DNA from: Thermodesulfobacteriota bacterium
GTDB lineage: Bacteria > Desulfobacterota_D > UBA1144
NCBI GenBank assembly: GCA_029246845.1
Contig: JAQWMJ010000040.1
Span: 46,094-110,093 of the forward strand
Length of the DNA stretch: 64,000 nucleotides
Reading direction: 5' to 3'
The position numbers and the translations under genes were made by a program. Positions 8,917 through 19,826 of this stretch are shown piece by piece; positions within the stretch are counted from its first letter, which is position 1; every line of letters begins with the position of its first letter. The notes below the pieces were generated by a model that did not search any database, was not told the origin of the DNA, and was given only the letters and a program-made list of their open reading frames with translations.

Positions 8917-10302
8917 ATGGTTAAAAAACTATGGGGTGGAAGATTTCAAAATGCTACTAATGCTGATGCAGAGAACTTCACCTCTTCTATTGATGTAGAC
9001 AAAGATTTATATAATTTTGATATTTTGGGCTCTATTGCTCATGTCGAAATGCTTTCACAGCAAAAAATTATTTCCAAAAGCGAGAAGAGCAAAATCATAA
9101 AAGGTTTAAAAAAAATAAAAAATGAAATAGAGCTTGGTAAGTTTAATTTTTCACATGAACTAGAAGACATACATATGAATATTGAAGATTCTCTTACTAA
9201 GAAAGTGGGCACAGCTGGTAAGAAAGTACATACTGCTAGAAGTAGAAACGATCAAGTGGTGACTGATATTAAACTTTATATCAAAAGTATGGCTGAATCA
9301 CTAAAATCAGATGTTGTAAAACTTCAAAAAAGTATTATTAAAAAATCCGAAAAAAATATAGATGTCATAATACCTTTTTATACTCACCTCCAAAGGGCTC
9401 AACCAATATTGGCATCTCATTACTTGTTAGCTTTCTTTGAAATGTTTCTGAGAGATGCAGAAAGAATTAACCAAACTATTCAAAGGCTTGATCAAAATCC
9501 TCTTGGTTCTTGTGCTGGAAGTGGCACATCATTCGAAATAGATAGATTTTATACATCCAAAAAATTAGGCTTTAGAGAACCCACAAGAAATAGTATTGAC
9601 TCTGTAAGTGATAGAGACTATGTAATTGATACGATTTATTCATGTTCAATTATAATGATGCATCTTTCGAGATTTTGTGAGGATCTTATTGTTTGGAATA
9701 GCTCTGAGTTTAACTTTATTCAAATAGGGGATGAATTTACAACAGGTTCAAGCATAATGCCCCAAAAGAAAAATCCAGATATTCTAGAGCTAATTAGAGG
9801 AAAATGTAGCCTTGTTTATGGTGATTTAATATCCATTCTGACGAATTTAAAGGGTTTACCTTTGAGCTATAATAGAGATTTACAAGAAGATAAGATTCCA
9901 CTTTTTTCAGCTTTAGAAACTTCCATCGATTGTGTTAAAATTTTCTCAAGAAATTTTGATTCAATAGAATTTAATACAGAACATATTAAGTCAGGAATGG
10001 ACTTAGGTTTTCTTACAGCAACAGACCTTGCTGACTATCTCGCAAGGAACGATGTACCTTTTAGAAAAGCGCATCATATTACAGGGAATATTGTAGCTTA
10101 TTGTGAAAAAAATAATAAAAATCTTAGTTCTTTAAGCCTTCTTGAATTCCAAAAATTCTCAAAGGTTATCAAAAAGGATGTTTTTAATTTCATATCGATT
10201 GAAAATTCTGTTGCCTCCAAAAAATCATATGGTGGAACTTCGAAAGAGAATGTAAAAAAAATGATAGCTAAATATAAAAAGATTTTATTAAAGTCGAAGT
10301 AA
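8917..10302 (+). CDS. argH: Argininosuccinate lyase
   Basis: KLWGGRF, HTARSRNDQV, YTHLQRAQP, TGSSIMPQKKNPD. Confidence 0.97.
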   Translation: MVKKLWGGRFQNATNADAENFTSSIDVDKDLYNFDILGSIAHVEMLSQQKIISKSEKSKIIKGLKKIKNEIELGKFNFSHELEDIHMNIEDSLTKKVGTAGKKVHTARSRNDQVVTDIKLYIKSMAESLKSDVVKLQKSIIKKSEKNIDVIIPFYTHLQRAQPILASHYLLAFFEMFLRDAERINQTIQRLDQNPLGSCAGSGTSFEIDRFYTSKKLGFREPTRNSIDSVSDRDYVIDTIYSCSIIMMHLSRFCEDLIVWNSSEFNFIQIGDEFTTGSSIMPQKKNPDILELIRGKCSLVYGDLISILTNLKGLPLSYNRDLQEDKIPLFSALETSIDCVKIFSRNFDSIEFNTEHIKSGMDLGFLTATDLADYLARNDVPFRKAHHITGNIVAYCEKNNKNLSSLSLLEFQKFSKVIKKDVFNFISIENSVASKKSYGGTSKENVKKMIAKYKKILLKSK

Positions 10303-10360
10303 AGAAGCTGCAGAATTAGCATTAACTTGAGCTTAAATTTTTTTTGTTTACAATAATTTT

Positions 10361-10720
10361 ATGAGTATTTTGAAAAGTTTTAAAAACAAAGCTACAAAGC
10401 GTGACTACGAAATTAATATTTCATGTCCTGAATTTACATCCCTATGTCCAGCAACAGGTCAACCAGATTTTGCAGAAATTAAAATATTATACGTACCCCA
10501 TGAAAAGTGTATAGAGCTAAAATCTCTAAAACAATATATTAATTCTTATAGGAATGTAGGAGAGTTCCATGAGCATGTAACTAACAAAATACTAGATGAT
10601 ATTATCCTCACTTGTAAACCGAAATATGCAAAAGTAATTGGAGATTTTAATATAAGGGGGGGAATTAAGACAATTGTTGAAGCAGAGTATAAAAAGGGAT
10701 CGCGAAAGAAAAAAAGTTAG
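10361..10720 (+). CDS. queF: NADPH-dependent preQ0 (7-cyano-7-deazaguanine) reductase, type I
   Basis: PEFTSLCP.TGQPDFA, IELKSLK.Y, FHEH, RGGI motifs. Confidence 0.95.
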   Translation: MSILKSFKNKATKRDYEINISCPEFTSLCPATGQPDFAEIKILYVPHEKCIELKSLKQYINSYRNVGEFHEHVTNKILDDIILTCKPKYAKVIGDFNIRGGIKTIVEAEYKKGSRKKKS

Positions 10721-11498
10721 CTATTTTATCTTTGGTTTAATTTTCTTAGTTTTAATAGTTTTATCTATTTTTCCCGATTCTTTGGCACCTTTTTCTCCCT
10801 CGGAGTCAAACTATGATCAACTACTCAAGGAACCCTCAAAATTAAACTTATTCGGTACAGATGAGCTTGGAAGAGATATTCTAAGTCGTATCATATATGG
10901 AACAAGAGTTTCACTTTCTGTTGCTTTATTCACTTCAATCATATCGCTAGTTTTTGGAACAATTTATGGATTATTTTCAGGAATAAAAGGGGGAATAATA
11001 GATGAGATTTTGATGAAAATTGTTGATATCTTTTATTCTATTCCAGACCTGCTATTAATTTCCATCTTCATCTTACTATTTGGTCGAGGTACAACTGGAA
11101 TTATATTAGCTCTTTCGTTATTAAGCTGGATGAGAATTGCTAGAATAACTAGAGCAAATGTAATTGAGCTTAAAAATAGACCATTTGTCTTAAGTGCAAA
11201 AGTAATGGGATTTAGTGATACTAGGATTGTATTCAAAGAGATTCTTCCTAATATATTAGCCCCTATAATTGTTACTTTTAGCTTCACCATTCCTTCCTCT
11301 ATACTTGCTGAGTCAACTTTAAGTTTTTTAGGTTTAGGAATTTCACCACCAGAAGTAAGTTGGGGGTTGATGGCAAATAATGGTTGGCAAGGTATCAGGA
11401 GTTTCCCACACCTAATAGTTTTCCCATGTCTGGCTATTTTTATTTCTACAATTACATTTATAAAAATAGGAGAGTTTATGAAGGAGAAAGCTGAATGA
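10674..11498 (+). CDS. Oligopeptide/dipeptide ABC transporter permease (DppC/OppC family); start uncertain
   Basis: FGTDELGRDILSRIIYGTRVSL, EAA-like loop, AESTLSFLGLG. Confidence 0.9.
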   Translation: MLKQSIKRDRERKKVSYFIFGLIFLVLIVLSIFPDSLAPFSPSESNYDQLLKEPSKLNLFGTDELGRDILSRIIYGTRVSLSVALFTSIISLVFGTIYGLFSGIKGGIIDEILMKIVDIFYSIPDLLLISIFILLFGRGTTGIILALSLLSWMRIARITRANVIELKNRPFVLSAKVMGFSDTRIVFKEILPNILAPIIVTFSFTIPSSILAESTLSFLGLGISPPEVSWGLMANNGWQGIRSFPHLIVFPCLAIFISTITFIKIGEFMKEKAE

Positions 11499-13435
11499 AA
11501 ACAATTATAATTATTCTTCTATTTTTTATTCTTTCAATCTCATCATTCTCTTATCAGAATTGTAGTGAATTAAATAATAATCTTGCGAAGTCTGAATGTT
11601 TTAAGTCTAGTAACAAAAATAAAGAAGCTTTAAATAGTATTAACAAACTTCAGGGATCTTTAATAGAACTTGAAACGATTCAAGACTTTTTAGATTTTAA
11701 GAAGATTCAGTTTTTAATAAAATCAAAAGATATTAGCTTAAGCCTTGAAAAGTTTAAGCTTAATTATCCTGAATCAAATCTAACTAAAAAAATTGAGCTT
11801 ATAAAAGCAGAGGCTTTACTAAATGAAGGGTTCAATGAAGATTTAGTGGAGGTACTTAGTCAAATAGAAAAACAATATAAGCTGTCAGTGAAAGATAAAC
11901 TAATGATTAAATACTTAAAAGGTCTGAGCTTCTATAAAACACAGAAATATAATGAATCCTTTAAATTAATTAAACAGTTAGCAATTAATGACCCTCAATT
12001 TAAATCAAAGCAAGTAAATGAGACTCTTTATAAACTTAAAAGCAATCATTCATTTAAACTTAGTAAAGATGAAAAAACTACTAGGCTCCATAACCTTCAT
12101 AAAAGAAATATGTATTCAATTTTCATGAAAGAATATGATGATAAGTTATCTGTTCTACTAAGAATAAAGAAAAGTTTAATAATGATTAAATCAAAAAATA
12201 GTAAAAAAGGGTTCGAAATCTTAGAAAAAATAGCTGCCGGACAATTTACTGATTCTGGATCACAGTCAATCAATCTCGAAGCAATTGCTGAATCTAAATA
12301 TAGACTATTATTATTCAAACTAAAAAGTACGAATAATAATTCATTGCTGGCAAAAGAACTGCAGTCAATCCTAACAAACTATCCTAATTTCAGTAAAAAC
12401 AGTGCAGTAGGTTATTTATCAGCAAGGCTGTTTACAATTGATAAAGAATATAAACAAGGAATAAAGGTCTACAACTGGCTTATTAAAACAAAGTCTAAGG
12501 GGTATGTTGATAAATCCTTTTATGGCCTTGGTTTCTCAGAATATATGCTAGGGAATTATAAGGAAGCAATGGGATATTTTAGATCTCTAAAAGAGTCCGA
12601 CGAATCATACTATAGACAATTGGGAAGCTTTTGGACAGGTAAATCATTATTGAAATTAGAAGATAAAACTTTGGCATTAAAAGAATTTAAAAATCTTTCC
12701 GATAAATATGATATTGGTTATTACTCATATCTCGCGTCAACGAAAATTAACAGTAAAAAAATTAGAAAAACTTACAAAAAAGTTAAGTCAAATAGTTATA
12801 TTGGAGATATTACTCTTTTAAAATATGCCAATGAATATGGTCCACTAAGAAAAGAAGTGGAAAACTATATAAGAAACAAGATTAATAAATCAAATTATAA
12901 TTCATATCTTTCTGCTTTAGACGATGCAGGTGAGTTTAATCTATGTATAAAGATTTCTTATAGTTACAATTCTCATAACTACTACAAATATCCTAGAGGA
13001 TATAAGTCTATAGTGAGCAAATATTCAAAAAAATATGGTGTTGATCCTTATCTAATTTTCGCACTTATAAGAGAAGAAAGTTTATTCAATCCATTAGCTA
13101 AATCATGGGTTGGAGCCAAAGGATTAATGCAACTTATGAATAAAACTGCTAATTCATTAGATAGAGAGTTAAATATAAAATCAAATCTATTCAACCCTGA
13201 AGATAATATTAATCTGGGAACTTTCTATTTAATGAAACTAATGAAACGTTTCGATAATAATATCCCTAGTGTTCTTGCAGCATATAATGGGGGCCCTCAT
13301 AATGTAGAGTTATGGAGAGAGAAATTTGCAGGAGTTGATGATGAAGAATTTGTTGAAAATATTCCATTTAAAGAGACACATGGGTACGTAAAGAGAATAT
13401 TAAGAAGCTATCACTATTATAAAAATAACTACTAA
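11495..13435 (+). CDS. Soluble lytic murein transglycosylase with TPR-like superhelical N-terminus (Slt-like)
   Basis: Signal peptide; C-terminal IREES, GAKGLMQLM, AAYNGG, ET.GYV SLT motifs. Confidence 0.9.
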   Translation: MKTIIIILLFFILSISSFSYQNCSELNNNLAKSECFKSSNKNKEALNSINKLQGSLIELETIQDFLDFKKIQFLIKSKDISLSLEKFKLNYPESNLTKKIELIKAEALLNEGFNEDLVEVLSQIEKQYKLSVKDKLMIKYLKGLSFYKTQKYNESFKLIKQLAINDPQFKSKQVNETLYKLKSNHSFKLSKDEKTTRLHNLHKRNMYSIFMKEYDDKLSVLLRIKKSLIMIKSKNSKKGFEILEKIAAGQFTDSGSQSINLEAIAESKYRLLLFKLKSTNNNSLLAKELQSILTNYPNFSKNSAVGYLSARLFTIDKEYKQGIKVYNWLIKTKSKGYVDKSFYGLGFSEYMLGNYKEAMGYFRSLKESDESYYRQLGSFWTGKSLLKLEDKTLALKEFKNLSDKYDIGYYSYLASTKINSKKIRKTYKKVKSNSYIGDITLLKYANEYGPLRKEVENYIRNKINKSNYNSYLSALDDAGEFNLCIKISYSYNSHNYYKYPRGYKSIVSKYSKKYGVDPYLIFALIREESLFNPLAKSWVGAKGLMQLMNKTANSLDRELNIKSNLFNPEDNINLGTFYLMKLMKRFDNNIPSVLAAYNGGPHNVELWREKFAGVDDEEFVENIPFKETHGYVKRILRSYHYYKNNY

Positions 13436-14040
13436 GAGATTTTTGAAAAGTTTCTCAAAACCTCTAATCCTACGTTGCTGCTTTTTTCAGGATGAAATTG
13501 TGTTGCATAGATATTGTCAGAACTAATTGAAGAAGCAAAGTCATCTCCATAGTTAGAAATAGAGTCTGTTATTTTAGAGTCGACATTAGACTTAAAAGAA
13601 TGTACAAAATAGAACCAACTCCTATTGGGAATCCCTTTGAAAAGTCTAGAGTTACCTTTAAATTCAACCTGATTCCAACCCATGTGTGGAACTTTAAGTT
13701 TTTTTGATTCAAACTCAATTTTATCTACGGACCCTTTAAAAAAAGAAAATCCCATAGAACCAGGACTTTCCTCACTATTTTCAAACAAAATCTGAAGACC
13801 AAGGCATATTCCAAGAAAAGGTTTACCTTTTTTAATCGAATCTTTAATAGGTTCAAAAATCTTTTTGTCCTCCAAATTTTTAATGCAATCTCCAAAAGAT
13901 CCAACACCAGGGAAAATAATAGAGCTGGCGTCTTCTATTTCTTTTTTTTGATCAGTAATTTTAGAGTCTATTGATAGTAGACTTAAAGCTTTTGAAACTG
14001 ATTTTAAGTTTCCAAAACCATAATCAACTATCGCAATCAT
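13432..14040 (-). CDS. hisH: Imidazole glycerol phosphate synthase, glutaminase subunit
   Basis: DYG.GNL.SV, PGVG, GICLG.Q, VPHMGWN, YFVHS, QFHPEKS. Confidence 0.97.
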   Translation of the reverse strand: MIAIVDYGFGNLKSVSKALSLLSIDSKITDQKKEIEDASSIIFPGVGSFGDCIKNLEDKKIFEPIKDSIKKGKPFLGICLGLQILFENSEESPGSMGFSFFKGSVDKIEFESKKLKVPHMGWNQVEFKGNSRLFKGIPNRSWFYFVHSFKSNVDSKITDSISNYGDDFASSISSDNIYATQFHPEKSSNVGLEVLRNFSKIS

Positions 14041-14627
14041 TAGAGGTTGCCTTTAGTTGAAGGTATTGAATCAGACCTTGAATCAATCGAAGTAGCAGAA
14101 TCAAGAGACCTCGCTACTGACTTGAATATCGATTCAATAATATGATGATTATTTGCACCATATTTCAGTTCGATATGTATATTGGCTTTAATATTATTTG
14201 TAAACGATTGAAAAAACTCCTTTGTAAGCTCAACATCAAATTCACCAACTTTAGAAGCTGGTAGCTCGACATTGAACACAAAGAAAGGTCTATTACACAA
14301 ATCAACTACTGACGAAGAAAGAGTCTCATCAAAAGGTATAGTACTAGATCCATATCTTTGAATTGACTTCTTATCTCCTAAGGCCTGATCAAAAGCTTGA
14401 CCTAGAGTGATTCCAACATCTTCAACAGTATGATGAAAGTCTATTTCAGTATCTCCATCAGCCTCAATTTTTAAATCAAAGTACCCATGCTTTGATAATT
14501 GCTCTAGCATGTGGTCAAAGAAAGCAATGCCAGTATTAATCGAATAATTCCCAGTTCCATCAAGATTCAGCTCAACAGAAACCTTAACTTCACTAGTTTC
14601 TCTTTTAACTTTTGCTATTCTATTCAT
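14040..14627 (-). CDS. hisB: Imidazoleglycerol-phosphate dehydratase
   Basis: TGIAFFDHML, DFHHTVEDVG, NNHHIIESIFK, IPSTKG. Confidence 0.97.
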   Translation of the reverse strand: MNRIAKVKRETSEVKVSVELNLDGTGNYSINTGIAFFDHMLEQLSKHGYFDLKIEADGDTEIDFHHTVEDVGITLGQAFDQALGDKKSIQRYGSSTIPFDETLSSSVVDLCNRPFFVFNVELPASKVGEFDVELTKEFFQSFTNNIKANIHIELKYGANNHHIIESIFKSVARSLDSATSIDSRSDSIPSTKGNL

Positions 14628-14669
14628 TATTTGATGTTAAACCAAAAAATATTATTATTCAATTTAGTC

Positions 14670-15659
14670 TTAATAATCATGCTCATCTTCAATTTCACCT
14701 AAAATTTCTTCGAATATATCTTCTAAAGTCACCAAACCTAAAGCCTTATGGGCAGAACCAACTATTGCCATATGTGATCTTGCATTTTTCATCTCATCTA
14801 ATAATGATGAAACAAGAAGATCTTCATCGACAAAAAAGCATTTATCTAAGAATGAGTCAATATTTTTATCATCATCTTCATCCAACAAGTAACATGCGTG
14901 CACAGTTCCTTTAATTTGAGATTTATTTAAATCAAATACAGGAAATCTTGAATGGCCTGTTTTCCTAACTAGCTCTTTAATATCTTGAACTTTTTTACTA
15001 AAAGAAACTAGGACAGTTTGATCAATCGGAATCATAATATCTTTTACTGTTACCTTATCAAACAAAAGAATTTTATTTAGGATTTTATCTCTAAATTGCT
15101 GAGAGGAACTTTCTAGAGCTGACTGAGTTTCTAGCTCATGCATCAACTCTTCTCTAGTAATCAACTTATTCTTTGTTCCAATTATATTTACAATAAAATC
15201 TGTTAAAAATTCTATCAGAAATAAAAAAGGTTTAAATAAAACTCTAAAGAATTTAGAGAAATAAATCGTCTTTAATACAAAAAAATTGCTTTGTCTTTGA
15301 AATATCGACTTAGGTACAACTTGCCCAAAAATTACGATAAGTGGGGTTAATATCAAGACTGATGCTAGATGAGGATCAAATTGAGGATAAGTGCTCTCTA
15401 TAAAGGATGAGACCAAAACAGTATTGATTACAATGCAAAGATTCTCACCTACTAGGCTTGTTGCAACATATTCTTCAATTTTATTTATGGATCCCATTAC
15501 AAGCTTCGCAGAGCTATCACCTGCATCAGCCTTTGATTTAATTGTTCCTTTATCACATGATAATAAAGAAATTTCTGAACCCGCAAAAATAGCCTGTATG
15601 CATAATAAAATTAAAGTAATTAATGGAAGAGTGTATATGTTAATTTTCGACCCTCTCAA
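14670..15659 (-). CDS. CNNM/DUF21 + CBS-pair protein (hemolysin/CorB-like, no CorC domain); start uncertain
   Basis: FAGSEISL, GQVVPKS, GHSRFPV, GLVTLEDIFEEILGEIEDE. Confidence 0.85.
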   Translation of the reverse strand: MRGSKINIYTLPLITLILLCIQAIFAGSEISLLSCDKGTIKSKADAGDSSAKLVMGSINKIEEYVATSLVGENLCIVINTVLVSSFIESTYPQFDPHLASVLILTPLIVIFGQVVPKSIFQRQSNFFVLKTIYFSKFFRVLFKPFLFLIEFLTDFIVNIIGTKNKLITREELMHELETQSALESSSQQFRDKILNKILLFDKVTVKDIMIPIDQTVLVSFSKKVQDIKELVRKTGHSRFPVFDLNKSQIKGTVHACYLLDEDDDKNIDSFLDKCFFVDEDLLVSSLLDEMKNARSHMAIVGSAHKALGLVTLEDIFEEILGEIEDEHDY

Positions 15660-16947
15660 CCTTAATTTTAGTTACCCTATTATTCTCTATTTTGAGTACT
15701 GTTAGCCTAATATTACCCCTTATTATACTTTCACCTTTTAAAGGTAACCTTCCAATATTAGTAAAAATAAATCCACCCACTGTCTCAATATCTAAATCCT
15801 CAGGAAGAAATGAATGCTCAATCTCAGAGCCTAAAGATTCAAGCCCACCTGGTCTCAAGGTTGCATATAAACAAGATGAATTAAAATCATTGATCCTTAG
15901 CCCACCGCTGACTTCAAGGATATTATTAATGTAGCTCATATTGCTACTGTCTGGTCCTCTTTCATATTCAATTTGGCCAAAGATTTCTTCTAATATATCC
16001 TCTAAAGTAACAATGCCCTCTAATCTTCCGTATTCATCAAGAACTATAGCTATATGAATTTTCTTAACTTGAAATTCTTGTAGTAATTCAAGAACATTTT
16101 TTTTATCTGGAACAAAATAAGGCTCATGTAATATGGAAGCAATGTCATCTGTCTTGTGGTTGAGTAAATCTTTAGAGTGAAGAATTCCGATTACATTATC
16201 TGTATCACCCTTATATATTGGAATCCTTGATAATCTCCTCTTCTGTATCTCTACCAATGCCGAACTTTTACTAATATCGTGTGGAAAAGTTAAGAGATCA
16301 GGCTCAGGTGTTAATATTTTAATTAAATTAATTTTTTGAAGGTTTAATAGATTATCTATAATTTTACTTTCGCTTTTTTTCACAGAACCCTCATCTTCCC
16401 CGATGTCAATAAGACTTGTAACCTTAGAATCACCATCCTGAATACTTCCAGATTCAACGACTAAGGGGCTTGTAAGATTTATTAAATACCTGGAGAGAGA
16501 GTTGAAAATAAAAGTGACAGGAAACATAACTTTGTTGATATAGTAAATAATAGGGGCAATAGCGATAGAAAGTCTCCTAGAGAATTTTACACCAATAGTC
16601 TTGGGTATAATTTCACAAAAGACTAAAATTAATATAGAAGTCACAAAGATAGCAATTATAGATATAAGCTCATCAGACAGTCTCCCATCTAAAGAGTTGT
16701 GTAATTTCGAAGAAATTAAACTAGTTATAGAAACATTGATTATTTCATCTAAAAGCAAAATCGTGGCAATAATTGTTCCAGGATTGTTTATAAAAGTCTC
16801 TAGGAGTTTTCCTGAGGAAGATTTCTTTTTTATTAAGTTAACTTGGTATCTCTGAAGTGAAAAAATAGAGCTTTCTGTGATAGAAAAAAAAGCTGAAAGA
16901 AGTACTAGTAAAAAGATTATTAAAAAAAATAAATATTGATCATTCAT
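15640..16947 (-). CDS. CNNM/DUF21 + CBS + CorC/HlyC domain protein (Mg/Co homeostasis family)
   Basis: SAFFS.TES, EIIPKT, SRIPIY, DEYG..EGIVTLEDILEEIFG, ETVGGF..GRLP..GE. Confidence 0.9.
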   Translation of the reverse strand: MNDQYLFFLIIFLLVLLSAFFSITESSIFSLQRYQVNLIKKKSSSGKLLETFINNPGTIIATILLLDEIINVSITSLISSKLHNSLDGRLSDELISIIAIFVTSILILVFCEIIPKTIGVKFSRRLSIAIAPIIYYINKVMFPVTFIFNSLSRYLINLTSPLVVESGSIQDGDSKVTSLIDIGEDEGSVKKSESKIIDNLLNLQKINLIKILTPEPDLLTFPHDISKSSALVEIQKRRLSRIPIYKGDTDNVIGILHSKDLLNHKTDDIASILHEPYFVPDKKNVLELLQEFQVKKIHIAIVLDEYGRLEGIVTLEDILEEIFGQIEYERGPDSSNMSYINNILEVSGGLRINDFNSSCLYATLRPGGLESLGSEIEHSFLPEDLDIETVGGFIFTNIGRLPLKGESIIRGNIRLTVLKIENNRVTKIKVERVEN

Positions 16948-17924
16948 TAGAATTTATGGACAAATCCCTGGGGCTTCAAATTACTAACCCTACCTCCTTT
17001 AATCAACGAAAGGCTTGCAGACGAATCAACAGAACCTATTCTAAAAACTTTAAATTTATTTCTCTTACATAAATCTTCAAAGTGCCTAGCTCTTTTCTTT
17101 TTAATAGTAAATAATAATTCATAATCATCACCGCCATTCATAACGCTAGTGATTAATTTATTCTGGCTAACTGGGGGTAATATACAATCTGTTTTAGGTA
17201 TGTCTTCCCACGTTAGTTTAGCGCCCCTTCTTGAAGAAATTGGGCCTAAAAGTCTTCTTAAATCTAAAGATAGTCCATCTGTAATATCAATCATTGAGGT
17301 TAGAAATTCTAGCTGGCCCAAGAATAATCCCATCTCAACTTTAGCTCGTGGAGATTTGTACTTAGATATTATTAATTTTTCATTAAGAGTAAACCTTTTC
17401 TTTTCCTTTAGTAATTCCAAGCCCAAAGATGCATCACCAATATTTCCTGTTACATAAATCAAATCACCAACTCTACTACCATTCCTTTCCTTAAATCTAT
17501 CATTTAATACTTCACCAAAAACACTTACATCTAATGCAAGAGATTCGGACCTTGAAACATTCCCACCTATAAGATTCACATCATAATACTTACATCCATT
17601 TCTAAAACCCTTGAACAATCTATCTATAAAAACTTTCGAAGTTTTTTTAGGTAAAAAAAGCGAGTTAGAGAAAAACCTAGGTTTTGCACCCATTGCACAT
17701 AAATCACTTAAAGCTACGGATAAAGCCCTAAATGCTAGCTGTTCTGGGGTCAAAAATCTAAGATCAAAATGAACACCTTCTACTTGGGAATCACAAGAGA
17801 AAACAATTTTATCAGATTTAATTTTAAATACAGCAGCATCATCGCCTATTCCGGTTGGAAAGGAGGCAGACTTTAAAGGAAACTTTTTTTTAACTAGTTC
17901 TTCAATATAAAATTCATCAAGCAT
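16947..17924 (-). CDS. thiL: Thiamine-monophosphate kinase
   Basis: GIGDDAAV, EGVHF, SDLCAMGA.P, IGGN, IDITDGL..DL, GGDDYELLFT. Confidence 0.93.
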   Translation of the reverse strand: MLDEFYIEELVKKKFPLKSASFPTGIGDDAAVFKIKSDKIVFSCDSQVEGVHFDLRFLTPEQLAFRALSVALSDLCAMGAKPRFFSNSLFLPKKTSKVFIDRLFKGFRNGCKYYDVNLIGGNVSRSESLALDVSVFGEVLNDRFKERNGSRVGDLIYVTGNIGDASLGLELLKEKKRFTLNEKLIISKYKSPRAKVEMGLFLGQLEFLTSMIDITDGLSLDLRRLLGPISSRRGAKLTWEDIPKTDCILPPVSQNKLITSVMNGGDDYELLFTIKKKRARHFEDLCKRNKFKVFRIGSVDSSASLSLIKGGRVSNLKPQGFVHKF

Positions 17925-17972
17925 TTTTAAGTGTTAGAAAATGATAAATCAATTTTAAAGTTATTCAAATAG

Positions 17973-19091
17973 TTAATTTATATATAATGCTAACTTTTTA
18001 AAAAGCTCGTCTATAAATTCTTTCTTAGAATTAAATCCCATTATACCAAATCTCCACATGTAACCCTTAGTTGGACCCAAGCCGCCACCTATCTCAATAT
18101 CATGATTAATTAACATTTTTGACCTTAGCTCTATATCATTAATTCCTTCTGGAATAATAACGGATTTCAGCATAGGAAGATCTTTAAATTTCTTTTGATT
18201 CACAAAAGGTTTAAGTCCTGCTTGATCCAGTAAGGCCAAAAAATATTTACTATTGGATTTATGTCTTTCAAATCTTTTTTCCAATCCTTCCTGTAAGCAT
18301 ATTGAAAGTCCTTCATTTAAAGCAAAAAGCATATTTACAGGAGCTGTATGGTGGTAAACTCTCTCCTCCCCCCAATAGTTAATCAGCATTTTTAGATCAA
18401 AATACCAGGAGCTATTCGAACTTTTCCTATTTTTAATCTTTAGCAGTGCTTTCTCGTTAAATGTTATTGGAGCTAGTCCAGGGGGAACACTTAGACATTT
18501 TTGACTCCCGGAAAAACAAGAATCGATTCCCCATTCATCTACTTTTAAACTTACCCCGGTTAACGAAGTTACAGCATCAACCAAAAAAATTATATCAGTG
18601 TTCTTTAGATGTTTTCCTATTAAGTCAATTTCTTGAAGCACTCCAGTAGATGTTTCAGCTTGAACAACGCTGACTAGTTTTAAATTGGGCATAGATTTAA
18701 TCTTTTCTATAACTAATGATTGTTCAAAAGATTCTCCCCATTCGGCAGACATTGTTGAGACCCTTGCTTTAAGCCTATGTGCAAGATTCTCCATTCTACT
18801 TCCAAATTCACCATTCTTTAAAATCAGAACTTCGTCATTTTCTTCAATTAAGTTTGTCATTGCCATCTCCATACCTGAACTACCTGTCCCGGATACAGCA
18901 AAAGTGACCTTGTTGTTTGTTTGAAAAACACTTCTCAAAGAAGAAGATATGCTATCTAGAATTGAAAAAAAGTCTGGATCTAGGTGACTCAAAGGCTCCT
19001 TGGATAAAGCCAATTTTATTCTTCTGTCGATATTTGTAGGGCCAGGGCCCATTAAAAGTTTGCCATCAATTGTTTTTATATTATTTTTCAT
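17973..19091 (-). CDS. Alanine-glyoxylate/serine-pyruvate aminotransferase family (class V PLP)
   Basis: LMGPGP, SGTGSSGME, ETSTGV, VDAVTS, SGSQKCLSVPPGL, YHHTAP. Confidence 0.92.
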   Translation of the reverse strand: MKNNIKTIDGKLLMGPGPTNIDRRIKLALSKEPLSHLDPDFFSILDSISSSLRSVFQTNNKVTFAVSGTGSSGMEMAMTNLIEENDEVLILKNGEFGSRMENLAHRLKARVSTMSAEWGESFEQSLVIEKIKSMPNLKLVSVVQAETSTGVLQEIDLIGKHLKNTDIIFLVDAVTSLTGVSLKVDEWGIDSCFSGSQKCLSVPPGLAPITFNEKALLKIKNRKSSNSSWYFDLKMLINYWGEERVYHHTAPVNMLFALNEGLSICLQEGLEKRFERHKSNSKYFLALLDQAGLKPFVNQKKFKDLPMLKSVIIPEGINDIELRSKMLINHDIEIGGGLGPTKGYMWRFGIMGFNSKKEFIDELFKKLALYIN

Positions 19092-19136
19092 AATAGAATT
19101 ATAATAAATTTTTATAACTGTTGGTATAATAATGAT

Positions 19137-19826
19137 ATGAAAACTCTTTTTTTAGATTTTGATGAAGATAAGATTATTGCTTCGCTACCCGAGAGACTTC
19201 CTTTATTCCCACTTGATAACGTAGTCTTTTTTCCAAGCACGATACTGCCTCTTCATATTTTCGAGGAGAGATATAAGCAAATGATTCAAGATTCATCTGA
19301 TAGTCACAACCTAATTTGTATGACATTACTTAATTCCGAAATGGGTCAAGAAGATCCTGAATCACTTGCGAACACTGGCTGTATTGGTAGGATAATAAAC
19401 AATGAAGAATCTGATGATGGGAAGAAGAATATAATACTTTATGGATTAAAAAGAATAGAGATCACAAAAGTTTTGTATGATAAGCCCTACAGAGAAGTCG
19501 AGATTAAAATAATAGAAACCTCTAGCTCAGATAACTCTGAGGCATTTAAGAAGAGGATTATTGATCTAACTAATAAGTGGAACTTGTTGTTGGATGGATA
19601 TACAGATGACTATAAAATTAAGATTGAGAATAGCTCTACACTTTCAAAAATTACAGACTCTCTTTCTTCCTCTATGGTTGCGAAAGCCTCAGATAGACAA
19701 TTACTTCTCGAGGAATTTGATGAAAAAATAAGAGCTGAAAAGATTATTGAGGTTTTAGAATCAAGAATAGAAATCCTATCTGGGAAAATAGAAACTCCAG
19801 ACAGTAATTCAACTCTTATCAATTAG
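19137..19826 (+). CDS. Stand-alone LON peptidase substrate-binding (N-terminal) domain protein
   Basis: LPLFPL..VVFFP...LPLHIFEERY; no AAA+ or protease domain. Confidence 0.88.
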   Translation: MKTLFLDFDEDKIIASLPERLPLFPLDNVVFFPSTILPLHIFEERYKQMIQDSSDSHNLICMTLLNSEMGQEDPESLANTGCIGRIINNEESDDGKKNIILYGLKRIEITKVLYDKPYREVEIKIIETSSSDNSEAFKKRIIDLTNKWNLLLDGYTDDYKIKIENSSTLSKITDSLSSSMVAKASDRQLLLEEFDEKIRAEKIIEVLESRIEILSGKIETPDSNSTLIN

